Below are positions 8,433 through 17,334 of a stretch of DNA of 64,000 bases, in pieces (within the stretch, counting starts at the first letter, position 1; every line of letters starts with the position of its first letter). The DNA is from Myxococcota bacterium (GTDB lineage: Bacteria; Myxococcota_A; UBA9160; UBA4427). The stretch spans positions 33,164 to 97,163 of the forward strand of contig JAYGDB010000008.1 in NCBI GenBank assembly GCA_046583095.1. The letters are read 5' to 3'. Below the pieces are notes generated by a model, which was not told the origin of the DNA, ran no database searches, and saw only the letters and a list, made by a program, of their open reading frames with translations. The translations under genes and the position numbers were made by a program.

Positions 8433-10667
8433 ATGAGGGACTGGTCGAGGGGCAGGACTGCGCGGATCGCAGCCCTGCTGGTGATGTTATCCGCTCCCGC
8501 CTGTACCTCCGACGAGCAGCGTGCGCTCGATCATCTCGAGAACGGGAACGCCTACTTGCAAGACGGACGCCGAACCGAAGCCGCGCTGGAGTTTCGGAGC
8601 GCACTGAGGTTCGATCCCGAGAGCCTGAAGGCCCACAATCGACTCGCCGAGATCGACTTGATGAACGGCGCCTATGCGGCCGCCCTGGCCCACCTCGCAG
8701 CGGCCTATCAGCTCGATCCGACGGACGCACACACAGCCCTGTACCTGGCCTCCCTGGTCCGGTCCGACCAACCCGAACGCGCGGAGGCCCTGGTCGAGGC
8801 TGTCATCGAGCGGGAGCCCAACAATCCGGCCGGCTACATCGGACGCTCCGAGCAGGCTCTCTCGCAGGGACGCAGCCAGGCCGCGACCGCCGCCGCCCGC
8901 AAGGCGATGATGCTGGCTCCCGATGATCCGAGCGGCGACTGGCAGTATGGACGCGTCATGCAGGCCTTGATTCGCGAAGGGCAGGTGAAGGCCGAGCCCA
9001 TCGAGGAGACCGTCTACAGCTCCGCCATCAAGGCGTACCAGAGGTACATCGTCAAGGGCGGCGCCGCTCCGTGGAACGCGCAGGTCGAGCAAGCCAGGGT
9101 GATGGCTGCAAGACCGGGCAAGGGTCGAGAGGCGGCCGCACAGTCCCGCGTCGCCGTCGAGCACGCCCTCGAGAAGGGTCCGCAAGAGGATCAGCTGCAT
9201 GCCCTGATGTGGGCCGCCGACTTCGCGCGCTCCGTGAGAGAAAACGACCTCCTCGAGTGGTCCATCGATCACCTGATCGAGATCGAGCCTCGCGACCCTC
9301 GCTTGTGGCGCGACCTCGCACGCCTCTATTCGTACAAGAAAAGGGACCCGGAGGAGGTCTGGCTGCGGTTTCGCGAGAGGCTCCCGAACGAGCCGCGGCC
9401 CCACATCGAGTACGCCCGCTACCTCGTTTTCGACTGGAAGCTCGACGAAGCCCTCGCGTACCTGAGCGAGAAGGCCAGCGAGGGAGTCGACCCGCCCATG
9501 TTGCTGGGCGCCATGGCCAGCACCCAGATCGCGGCCGGTCGGATCAGAGACGCGACGGCCACCGTCAACCGGCTGGAACGAGAGCACCCGCGGCACCCGC
9601 GGACGATCGTCGAGCGAGCGCAGCTCGAGATGCGAAAGGGCCAGGTCGCGCAGGCCGGACGCTCGCTCCGCAGGCTCGTCGCGGAGCAACCCAACTACAA
9701 CGCCTATCTCCTGCTCGCGCGCGTCGAGGAGGTCTCCGACGACAACGACGCGGCCCTGGCAGCGATCGAGGCAGCCATCGAGTCGAGCCCCTTCTTCAAT
9801 TACGAAGCCGAGCGCATGCATGCGCGGCTGCTGGCGGCTGGAGGCAACTACCAAGAGTCGATCCGCCGCCTGCTCTTCATCCGGGATCGGATGGAGCTCT
9901 CTACGGCCGACCGGCTCCTGCTTGCACGCTGCCGCTACCAGACGGGCAGGGACGCCTTCGGCCGCGAGATCCTGAAGGAGCTGCTCGGGTCGCACCGTCC
10001 GCTTCCCGAGGCGGTAATCGAGTTCGCCCGCCGGGAGGGCGGCAACCCGGAGAGCGCCAACCTCGCGAGACGCGAGCTCGAAGCCTTGGTACGACGCTCG
10101 CCGCAGAACTGGGACGCAGTTAGCGAGCTCACACGTCTCGACGTCGGAGCGGACCGCATCACCGCGGCGCTGGAGCGACTCGACCGACTGGTAATCACAT
10201 GGCGGGACACCGTTCCTCCTCGGATCCGATTGCTGCGCGCCCGGGTGAGCGCCGATGCGGGACGCGAAGCCGGAACCCTGGCCGACGCGAAGGCGGCCTT
10301 CGAGGGCCAGCCTCGCCTTCCCGGCGCCCTCGAGCTGCTCGTAGCGCTCCACGTCCGCAAGGGTCAGATCGACGAGGCCATCACCTCCACCGAGGAGGCG
10401 CGACGGGCCGGAGCCTTCGATCCCGACCGTCGACTGCTGCTCGGACAGCTGTACCGCATGAACGGGCGCGACGACGACGCCTTGACGACCTTCGAGCAGG
10501 CGATCAAGGCCGGCCCAGAAGATCCGATGCTCTACTACCAGATGGGATTGGCCCTGCGTTCTCTCGATCGACGAGAGGAGGCTTCGCAAGCTTTCGAGAA
10601 GGCCCTCGCCCTCAGCTCGACCTTCCCGGAAGCCGACGCCGCACGACGCGCTCTCGAGGGAACCTAG
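8433..10667 (+). CDS. Large TPR-repeat protein with signal peptide (lipobox-like or AxA site)
   Basis: 744 aa; MRDWSRGRTARIAALLVMLSAPACTSDEQ then TPR repeats throughout; 11 nt after the previous TPR gene. Confidence 0.8.
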   Translation: MRDWSRGRTARIAALLVMLSAPACTSDEQRALDHLENGNAYLQDGRRTEAALEFRSALRFDPESLKAHNRLAEIDLMNGAYAAALAHLAAAYQLDPTDAHTALYLASLVRSDQPERAEALVEAVIEREPNNPAGYIGRSEQALSQGRSQAATAAARKAMMLAPDDPSGDWQYGRVMQALIREGQVKAEPIEETVYSSAIKAYQRYIVKGGAAPWNAQVEQARVMAARPGKGREAAAQSRVAVEHALEKGPQEDQLHALMWAADFARSVRENDLLEWSIDHLIEIEPRDPRLWRDLARLYSYKKRDPEEVWLRFRERLPNEPRPHIEYARYLVFDWKLDEALAYLSEKASEGVDPPMLLGAMASTQIAAGRIRDATATVNRLEREHPRHPRTIVERAQLEMRKGQVAQAGRSLRRLVAEQPNYNAYLLLARVEEVSDDNDAALAAIEAAIESSPFFNYEAERMHARLLAAGGNYQESIRRLLFIRDRMELSTADRLLLARCRYQTGRDAFGREILKELLGSHRPLPEAVIEFARREGGNPESANLARRELEALVRRSPQNWDAVSELTRLDVGADRITAALERLDRLVITWRDTVPPRIRLLRARVSADAGREAGTLADAKAAFEGQPRLPGALELLVALHVRKGQIDEAITSTEEARRAGAFDPDRRLLLGQLYRMNGRDDDALTTFEQAIKAGPEDPMLYYQMGLALRSLDRREEASQAFEKALALSSTFPEADAARRALEGT

Positions 10668-10673
10668 AGCCGG

Positions 10674-13600
10674 ATGCGCGCCAGAAGTTTCGGGCTGCTG
10701 CTGCTGTGTTTCTTCCTGTCCGGGCTTGCGGCCCTGATCTATCAGACCGCCTGGACGCGACAGTTCGCGTTCGTCTTCGGTACGTCGGAGCTCGCCGTCG
10801 CCAGCGTGCTCGCCGCCTACATGGGGGGCCTGGCGTTGGGCGCTGCGGTTGCGGGACGCCTCGTCCCGCGCATCCGCAGGCCGATCCTGGTCTACGGGCT
10901 GTTGGAGCTGGCCATCGGCCTGACCGCGCTCGCGGTTCCCTGGGGTGTCTCCGCCGCGACACGTCTATACGTAGCCGTCTTCGGATCCCAGGGCGCACCC
11001 GCGGACGAGGGGGGGCTCCTGTCAGCGCTCTTCTACCTCGCGTGCTCGTTCGCGATCCTACTGATTCCCACATCGCTCATGGGCGCCACCCTGCCGTTGC
11101 TCGCGCGTCATGCCGTCCGGCGTGAAGAAGATATTGGGCGGCGTATCGCGCACCTCTACGCGACGAACACTGCGGGTGCAGTGGTGGGAACCGTCCTGAC
11201 GGCCTTCGTGCTCCTGCCCGCCTTCGGACTCGCCACGACCGTGTGGCTCGCCGTGGGGGTCAACCTGGCGGTGTTTGCAGCAGCGGCCGTTCTCGCGCGG
11301 GTGTCCCCGCCGGTCGCAGACTCGGCATGGACCCCTGCCAACGCTGACCCGCGCGATCCCAATCGCTGGGTGCTCCCCCTGATCGCGATCTCCGGCGCCG
11401 TCTCGTTCACCTACGAGGTTCTCTGGACGCGTCTTCTCGGCCACGTCCTGGGCGGCAGCGTGTATGCGTTCGCGACGATGCTCGCGACCTTTCTTCTCGG
11501 CATCGCCATCGGTTCCTGGCTGGCTTCCGGGCGCCTGGTCTCGGATCGGCGCACAGCGGCGACAGCCTTCGCCTGGGCCCAGGTGGGCGCGGGGCTGCTC
11601 TCTCTCGTGGCGTATCTCGGAATCGACTCCACGCCCGGCTGGGTGCAGAGCACGGCGCTCCGGAACGAGCTGCGACTGTTGTTGGATGCCGGCATCAGCG
11701 CCGCCATCCTGCTCCCCGGAACTCTCTGCATCGGCGCCACCTTCCCGCTGGCGGTTCGCGTTCTTGCGCGCAGCCAGGACGAGGCAAGCCAGGCGAGTGC
11801 CCGGGTGTATTCCTGGAATACCGTGGGCGCCATCACGGGAGCGGTGGGAGCCGGCTTCTTCCTGATTCCGGCGATCGGCTTCGCCTGGACCCTGGCCATC
11901 GCAGTCGCCACGAACGCGGGCCTTGCGGTGGCCGCGGGACTTCGGACGCGCCCCCGTCCCCGGCTCGCGATGGTCGGCGCGGCACTGGTCCTGGCGGCGC
12001 TCGTCATCACCCAACCGGGCCCTCCCTGGCAGGTCCTTCGCATGGGAGGCATCGCGTCCCGGGTGAAGCAGGCCAAGGTTGCCTACTACGGCGTCGGTCG
12101 CAGTGCGACGGTGCTGCTGCAGCATTCGTCCGAGGGCTGGCAGCTCAGCTCGAACGGGCTCGCCGAGGCCCAGATCACTCGCCCAGGGGTGCGAATCGGG
12201 CGCTACGTCATGGTGCAGTGGATGAGCAACCTGCCGGCTTGGGGACGACCCGACGCGAAGTCAATCCTCATCGTCGGCTTCGGAGGTGGGCTCATCGTCG
12301 CAGCGGTGCATCCGAATTTCGAGAAGATCGATGTGATCGAACTCGAGTCGAAGATGATCACCGCCAACGAGCTGATTGCCGACGAGCGGCTGAAGGATCC
12401 GCTCGCGGATCCCCGCGTCGAGCTCATCATCAACGATGCCCGCAGCGCCCTGCTCCTCACCCAGGAGCGCTACGACGCAATCGCCTCACAACCCTCTCAT
12501 CCCTGGACGGCCGCGGCCGCGCATCTCTACACCCGCGAATTCTTCCAGCTGGTCCGGGATCATCTGGCAGACGACGGCGTGTTCGTGCAGTGGATGGGGC
12601 TCAGCTTCATCGATGAAATGCTGTTCAAGACATTGATCGCGACGCTCCATGACGTCTTTCCTCACGTGCGTGTCTACCGTCCCTCTCGGGGCGGCCTGCT
12701 CTTCACGGCCTCGCCGATGCCCTTCGAGCCGGAGCACGAGGCCGGAGCGGTCCTCGCGGCGGCCCCCGAGCTGGCTAAAAAGCTCGGCGTGCGGGGCGGG
12801 GCGGACATCGTCGCGCACATGTTGCTCGACGATGACACGAGTCGCGCGTTCGCCCGCGGTGCACCGATCAACACCGACGATCGAAACATCCTCCAGATGA
12901 GGTCTCCGGCAATCGTGCGCGGAAAAAATCGCTTCAATCCGAAGGACGTAATCGGCCCGTTCGATCCACTCGCGGTCTCGGCGCTGGACTGGGATCGCAG
13001 CTACCTGATTCGAAGATTGCTCGCGACGGGGCTGGACGACCGAGCCAGGCGGATCAGCGACGCCGCGACGAATCCGGTCGAGCGCCACGTCGGCCAGGGC
13101 TTCCTGGCGCGCCGCAAGGGCGACCGCGGCAAGGCGATGCAGCACTTTCGGGCGGCTCTCGAACTCGATGCGAACAACGCGGAGGCGCGGATCGCGATCC
13201 TCGAGCTCTTCCGAAGCACGGGTGTGGCCGAAGCCGCGCTTGCCGAGAGGCTGAGGCAGGAGCTCACCCCTCTCGAAGAGAAGCTCGTCTCGGGATGGCT
13301 GCTCGAAAGAGAGAAGAAGTGGGATGAGTTGCGTGAGTTGGAGAACGACTTCCGGAGCGTGCTGCCCCAGCACCCCGCCTTCCCGGCGGCGGCGCGTCTG
13401 CGCGCCGCCTGGCGCCTCGGGGAGGCGTCGAAGAACCGCGCCGAGCAGGCGATGGCGATCCTCGACGAAGTCCTGCCCCTGACCGACTCACTCAACGATC
13501 TCGTCGCACGCGCCGAAGCGAGCGGACTCGCCGGCTACCCAACCGGCGCCAGCTCGACGATCTGGGAGCTGATCCGAAGGGCCGACTCCCGCCCCCGCGG

Positions 13601-13718
13601 CGAAATCCGGCCCACCCTCCGCCGCGCAATCGTCATGCTGAGCAAACTCCCCCCCTCGGCCCTGCTACCCGGAATCCGCAAGGGGCTCACCACGAAGCTG
13701 CGCCAGAAGCTCCGCTAG
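10674..13718 (+). CDS. Fused polytopic membrane / spermidine-synthase-like / TPR protein
   Basis: 1014 aa; N-terminus LLLLCFFLSGLAALIYQTAWTRQFAFVFGTSELAVASVLAAYMGGLALGA typical of fused MFS/spermidine-synthase proteins. Middle domain ILIVGFGGGLIVAAV...IDVIELESKMI...INDARSAL...ASQPSHPWTAAAAHLYTREFF; C-terminal TPR. Confidence 0.85.
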   Translation: MRARSFGLLLLCFFLSGLAALIYQTAWTRQFAFVFGTSELAVASVLAAYMGGLALGAAVAGRLVPRIRRPILVYGLLELAIGLTALAVPWGVSAATRLYVAVFGSQGAPADEGGLLSALFYLACSFAILLIPTSLMGATLPLLARHAVRREEDIGRRIAHLYATNTAGAVVGTVLTAFVLLPAFGLATTVWLAVGVNLAVFAAAAVLARVSPPVADSAWTPANADPRDPNRWVLPLIAISGAVSFTYEVLWTRLLGHVLGGSVYAFATMLATFLLGIAIGSWLASGRLVSDRRTAATAFAWAQVGAGLLSLVAYLGIDSTPGWVQSTALRNELRLLLDAGISAAILLPGTLCIGATFPLAVRVLARSQDEASQASARVYSWNTVGAITGAVGAGFFLIPAIGFAWTLAIAVATNAGLAVAAGLRTRPRPRLAMVGAALVLAALVITQPGPPWQVLRMGGIASRVKQAKVAYYGVGRSATVLLQHSSEGWQLSSNGLAEAQITRPGVRIGRYVMVQWMSNLPAWGRPDAKSILIVGFGGGLIVAAVHPNFEKIDVIELESKMITANELIADERLKDPLADPRVELIINDARSALLLTQERYDAIASQPSHPWTAAAAHLYTREFFQLVRDHLADDGVFVQWMGLSFIDEMLFKTLIATLHDVFPHVRVYRPSRGGLLFTASPMPFEPEHEAGAVLAAAPELAKKLGVRGGADIVAHMLLDDDTSRAFARGAPINTDDRNILQMRSPAIVRGKNRFNPKDVIGPFDPLAVSALDWDRSYLIRRLLATGLDDRARRISDAATNPVERHVGQGFLARRKGDRGKAMQHFRAALELDANNAEARIAILELFRSTGVAEAALAERLRQELTPLEEKLVSGWLLEREKKWDELRELENDFRSVLPQHPAFPAAARLRAAWRLGEASKNRAEQAMAILDEVLPLTDSLNDLVARAEASGLAGYPTGASSTIWELIRRADSRPRGEIRPTLRRAIVMLSKLPPSALLPGIRKGLTTKLRQKLR

Positions 13719-15493
13719 GGCTTCCGACTTTCCCGAAGGCGCGAGAAGCGGATCGCTCGCTCCACCTCGGCGAGATCGACTTCCAGGTTCGCGGTGATGG
13801 GACCCCCGCGCTCGATGGCACGGAGGATCGTGTCGCGTGCGGAGTCCAAGTCATCGAGAACCAGCTGCGCCTGGGCGATCAGCTGCAGCTCGTGCTGGGA
13901 CGGCGAGTCGTTGCGGGAGAGACGCTCGATCCACTCGCGCGCCCAACGCTGCTTGAGTTTCACGAAGGCCGGGTCACTCTGAATCGCCGCATAACCCGCC
14001 ATCAACAAGTGATCCAAGCGGTTGTAGCCCCGCCGGTGAGCCCGCTCGAGCAACTCGACGGCCGTGTCGGCATCGCCGGCCTGGGCGGCACGGGTTGCGT
14101 CCTGCGTCTTGGCCGCGACGCCTTCCGGGTAGTGCTTGACTGCGTCGGCCATCACGAGGGACGCTGAACGCCAGATCGTCGCCCGGTCGAAGCTTCGCGC
14201 GGCGAAGACCACGAGCAGCAGCGCAGCAGCGATCCGCAAGCCGCGCCGGAAGGCGTCCGGGTTGGCGAGCTTGCGGCTGGCAATCCACTCGTGACCGGCC
14301 AGCGCGACGCCCCCGATCAAGCCCGGCAGGATGAAATAGAGATAGCGATCGGCCAGTGGGAAGGGGAGGGGGATCACGCCGCAAACCGGGGCGAACGAGA
14401 CCAACGCAAAGATCCACCAAGCTGCCTCCGGGCGGCGGTTGCGCAGCATCGCGAAGGTGCGCCAGCCGACGGCGGCCAGAATCGGGAGCGACGCGAGCCA
14501 CCACGGATCCAGCCATCCCGCGGCGTCGGGCTCGTGAAAGGCCGAGAGGCCATAGGAGGTCGACGCCATCACGAGGTATCGCATGGCGACAGCGAGGATT
14601 CCGCGAATCCGATCGCCAAAGTCTGCGTAGAGGGTCGGCGCCTGGCCGGCCGTCTGCCCAAAGGCGAAGAATTCGGCGACCGCAAACAGCGCGAGGAGCA
14701 CCGCCCAGCCGGCCAGCCAACTCCACCTCCAGTCGATCTCGTCCTTCGAACGCGCCCAGCCCAGGGCAACCGCAAAGAAGAGCGCCACAGCGGCCGTCGG
14801 CTTCGCCATCAGGGCCAGCGCGAACAGCAGGGCTCCCCAGCCAGGGCGTCGCGGGTGCATGAGCAGTCCGGCGAGGCATAAGACCATCGCCGAGGACGTC
14901 TTCAACTGATTGATCCATGCGACGGCCTCGACGTTGCCCGGATGCACCAGGAAGAAAGCCCCACCGATCACCGCCGCCGTCGCGGAAATTCCCGTACGTC
15001 GGAAGAGCGACACGAGCAACAGCGACGCGACGACGTGCAGGAAGACATTCACGACGTGATAACCAGTGACGTTCGGCCCGAATACCTGCCATTCGAGGGC
15101 GTGCAGCAGGATGTGGACGGGTGCGTAGTTCTCGACAATCACCGCCAACACGCTCGTCGGGTCGAGGATCGCGATCACGTTCTCGGGGGTGAGATCGTGA
15201 ACGAAGACGTTCCGCTGGACGTAGTGCTCGTCATCGGAGATGAAGCTCCCACCGAGTGCGGGCCAGTAGACGAGCAGCGCGATGACCAGGAAGCCGACGA
15301 AGAGCAGCCGCGAATCGACTCCCGACGACGCAGCCGGACGCGTCTCCCCGGTCCTCCGCCTTCCCTGCGCGCTGGAACTGGAGCTGGAACGAGCCAGGGG
15401 TCGACCTACTCGGAAAAGCCGTCGGGCTTTCGCTGCAGGAAGTTCCAGGCATCCCCGATGATGTCCTCGAGAGATGTCCGGCGGGCCTCCCAC
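13715..15493 (-). CDS. TMTC/PMT-like GT-C membrane protein (DUF1736-type) with C-terminal TPR domain
   Basis: 592 aa; LLVYWPALGGSFISDDEHYVQRN..., YHVVNVFLHVVASLLL, FFLVHPGNVEAVAWINQLK match bacterial TMTC-like O-mannosyltransferase homologs; TPR tail. Only canonical start is GTG 15493, inside the galE 3' end. Confidence 0.75.
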   Translation of the reverse strand: MGGPPDISRGHHRGCLELPAAKARRLFRVGRPLARSSSSSSAQGRRRTGETRPAASSGVDSRLLFVGFLVIALLVYWPALGGSFISDDEHYVQRNVFVHDLTPENVIAILDPTSVLAVIVENYAPVHILLHALEWQVFGPNVTGYHVVNVFLHVVASLLLVSLFRRTGISATAAVIGGAFFLVHPGNVEAVAWINQLKTSSAMVLCLAGLLMHPRRPGWGALLFALALMAKPTAAVALFFAVALGWARSKDEIDWRWSWLAGWAVLLALFAVAEFFAFGQTAGQAPTLYADFGDRIRGILAVAMRYLVMASTSYGLSAFHEPDAAGWLDPWWLASLPILAAVGWRTFAMLRNRRPEAAWWIFALVSFAPVCGVIPLPFPLADRYLYFILPGLIGGVALAGHEWIASRKLANPDAFRRGLRIAAALLLVVFAARSFDRATIWRSASLVMADAVKHYPEGVAAKTQDATRAAQAGDADTAVELLERAHRRGYNRLDHLLMAGYAAIQSDPAFVKLKQRWAREWIERLSRNDSPSQHELQLIAQAQLVLDDLDSARDTILRAIERGGPITANLEVDLAEVERAIRFSRLRESRKP

Positions 15494-16404
15494 CCCAACA
15501 ATTCGCGAGCAAGAGTGCCGCCGCTCACGAGCCGGGGCGGGTCACCGCTGCGACGCCCGGTGACCACCTCGGGGATCGGGTGCCCCGTCACTCTTCGCGC
15601 CACCTCGATGACCTCGCGCACCGAGTAGCCGGCCCCCGTGCCCAGGTTGCAGGCGATCCGCGGGGTGCCGTCCTGTAGCAGCCTCAGCGCCCGGAGATGC
15701 GCATCCGCGAGGTCGTCAACGTGGATGTAGTCGCGAATGCACGTACCGTCGGGTGTGTCGTAGTCGTCGCCGTAGATCGAGATCGACTCCCGCTTGCCTA
15801 GCGCCACCTGCAGGACCAGGGGAATCAGGTGCGTCTCGGGATCGTGGTCCTCGCCAAGGCTCGAATCGAGCGCGGCGCCCGCGGCATTGAAGTAGCGCAG
15901 CGCCGCGACGCGGAACCCGTAGGCCCGCGCGTAGTCGTCCATCATGTGCTCCATGTGGAGCTTGGTACGCCCATAGGTGTTGATCGGGGCCTGCGGGTGC
16001 GAGTCCGAAATCGGGATCTCTATCGGGTCGCCGTAGGTCGCGCAGCTCGAGGAGAAGACGATTTCGACACAGCCCGCCGCGCGCATTTCCTCGAGCAGAT
16101 TGAAGGTGTAGAGGACGTTCTGCTCGTAGTACTTCGCCGGATTCTCCATGGACTCGCCGACCAGGGCCTTCGCGGCGAAATGGATCACCGAGCGCGGAGC
16201 ATGCTCGGAGAAAAGTCGGGCCAGCGCCTCACGATCCCGAAGGTTTCCCTTCACGAAGGGCACCGACACGGCCTCTCGATGCCCATCCGAGAGATCATCG
16301 AAGACCACGACCTCGATGTCTCGCTCCTGAAGGGACCGCACGCTGTGGCTGCCGATGTAGCCGGCACCTCCGACGACGACGACCGGTCCTTCCGGATGCT
16401 CCAT
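15406..16404 (-). CDS. galE: UDP-glucose 4-epimerase
   Basis: Track ORF trimmed to ATG 16404 (MEHPEGPVVVVGGAGYIGSH), preceded by GGAGG. YGRTKLHME (YxxxK); overall GalE-like sequence. Confidence 0.9.
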   Translation of the reverse strand: MEHPEGPVVVVGGAGYIGSHSVRSLQERDIEVVVFDDLSDGHREAVSVPFVKGNLRDREALARLFSEHAPRSVIHFAAKALVGESMENPAKYYEQNVLYTFNLLEEMRAAGCVEIVFSSSCATYGDPIEIPISDSHPQAPINTYGRTKLHMEHMMDDYARAYGFRVAALRYFNAAGAALDSSLGEDHDPETHLIPLVLQVALGKRESISIYGDDYDTPDGTCIRDYIHVDDLADAHLRALRLLQDGTPRIACNLGTGAGYSVREVIEVARRVTGHPIPEVVTGRRSGDPPRLVSGGTLARELLGWEARRTSLEDIIGDAWNFLQRKPDGFSE

Positions 16405-16462
16405 CTCTCTGCCTCCAACGTTCGGGTCCGGAGCATACAGAAGTCGACTCGCGGGGAGACCG

Positions 16463-16729
16463 TTGTACCCTGAGTCGATGCAAACCGAGCCGCTCGAACT
16501 CTCGGTGGTGACGCCCTGTCTCGACGAGGCGGACACCCTGGGCATCGGCTTGATCGGCATCGCCGCTCGAAAGTGGCAGCTCGAGGGCTTCGGCCCCCTC
16601 GATTACGCGCAGACGATGCGCTGGGTGATCCCGGGCGTCACGCTCGCGGCCGTCGGCTTCCAGACCCTTCTCTCGGGTTGGTTCGTCAGCATCCTGGGGA
16701 TGAACCGCGTGGAGATGAAGAGCAGGTGA
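16463..16729 (+). pseudogene. GT2 glycosyltransferase remnant with in-frame loss of the catalytic domain
   Basis: 83-88 aa (ATG 16478 or TTG 16463). The N-terminus LELSVVTPCLDEADTLG is the first strand/helix of a GT-A fold. It joins directly to a C-terminal TM tail GFGPLDYAQTMRWVIPGVTLAAVGFQTLLSGWFVSILGM. Confidence 0.55.
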
Positions 16730-17334
16730 AGCTGGCGGAACGCCTGCACGAAGCCTCCGGCGGCGCGCGACGTCTCGAGGCCCTGAGCGAGCACGTGGGA
16801 GCGCTGCTGCCGGAGGGCGCGAAGGTGCTCGACGTCGGCTGCGGCGACGGCATGCTCGACGAGCGGATCCAGCAGCGCCATTCGCATCTCGAGATCACCG
16901 GGATCGACGTTCTCGTGCGGCCGGAGGCGCGTATCCCGGTGAGGTTGTTCGACGGACGCACGATCCCGCATGCGGAAGACAGCTTCGACGCGGTGCTCCT
17001 GATCGACGTCCTCCATCACTGTGACGATCCGGAGGCGATGCTCGCCGAGGCGATCCGCGTCGCACGCCGCTGCATCGTCCTCAAGGATCACATCCTGAGC
17101 GGTCCGCTCTCGGGTGCGCTTCTCCGCATCATGGATGACATCGGCAACCGCCGCTTCGGCGTGGCCCTGCCGCACAAGTACTGGAGCGAGGCGCGTTGGC
17201 AGCAGACATTCGAGCGGCTGGGTCTTCCTGTCGAGGCCTGGATCACGGATCTCGGTCTCTACCCCGGCCCCCTGGATTGGATCTTCGGGCGGTCACTGCA
17301 CTTCGTGACGCGCCTCGGGATCTCATCTGAATGA
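16726..17334 (+). CDS. Class I SAM-dependent methyltransferase
   Basis: Track ORF trimmed to GTG 16726 (GTGA overlap with the remnant stop). VLDVGCGDGMLDE motif I, DAVLLIDVLHHCDDP. Confidence 0.8.
   Translation: MKLAERLHEASGGARRLEALSEHVGALLPEGAKVLDVGCGDGMLDERIQQRHSHLEITGIDVLVRPEARIPVRLFDGRTIPHAEDSFDAVLLIDVLHHCDDPEAMLAEAIRVARRCIVLKDHILSGPLSGALLRIMDDIGNRRFGVALPHKYWSEARWQQTFERLGLPVEAWITDLGLYPGPLDWIFGRSLHFVTRLGISSE

Noticed and set aside
6034-10667. Idea that the two large TPR (lipo)proteins are PrsT-type components of a PEP-CTERM/exosortase system
   Set aside because: I recognised no exosortase (EpsH/Xrt) gene and no PEP-CTERM sorting signal in the window. The small ORF at 5219-5626 lacks a C-terminal PEP motif plus TM helix. 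This is kept only as a comparison to make.
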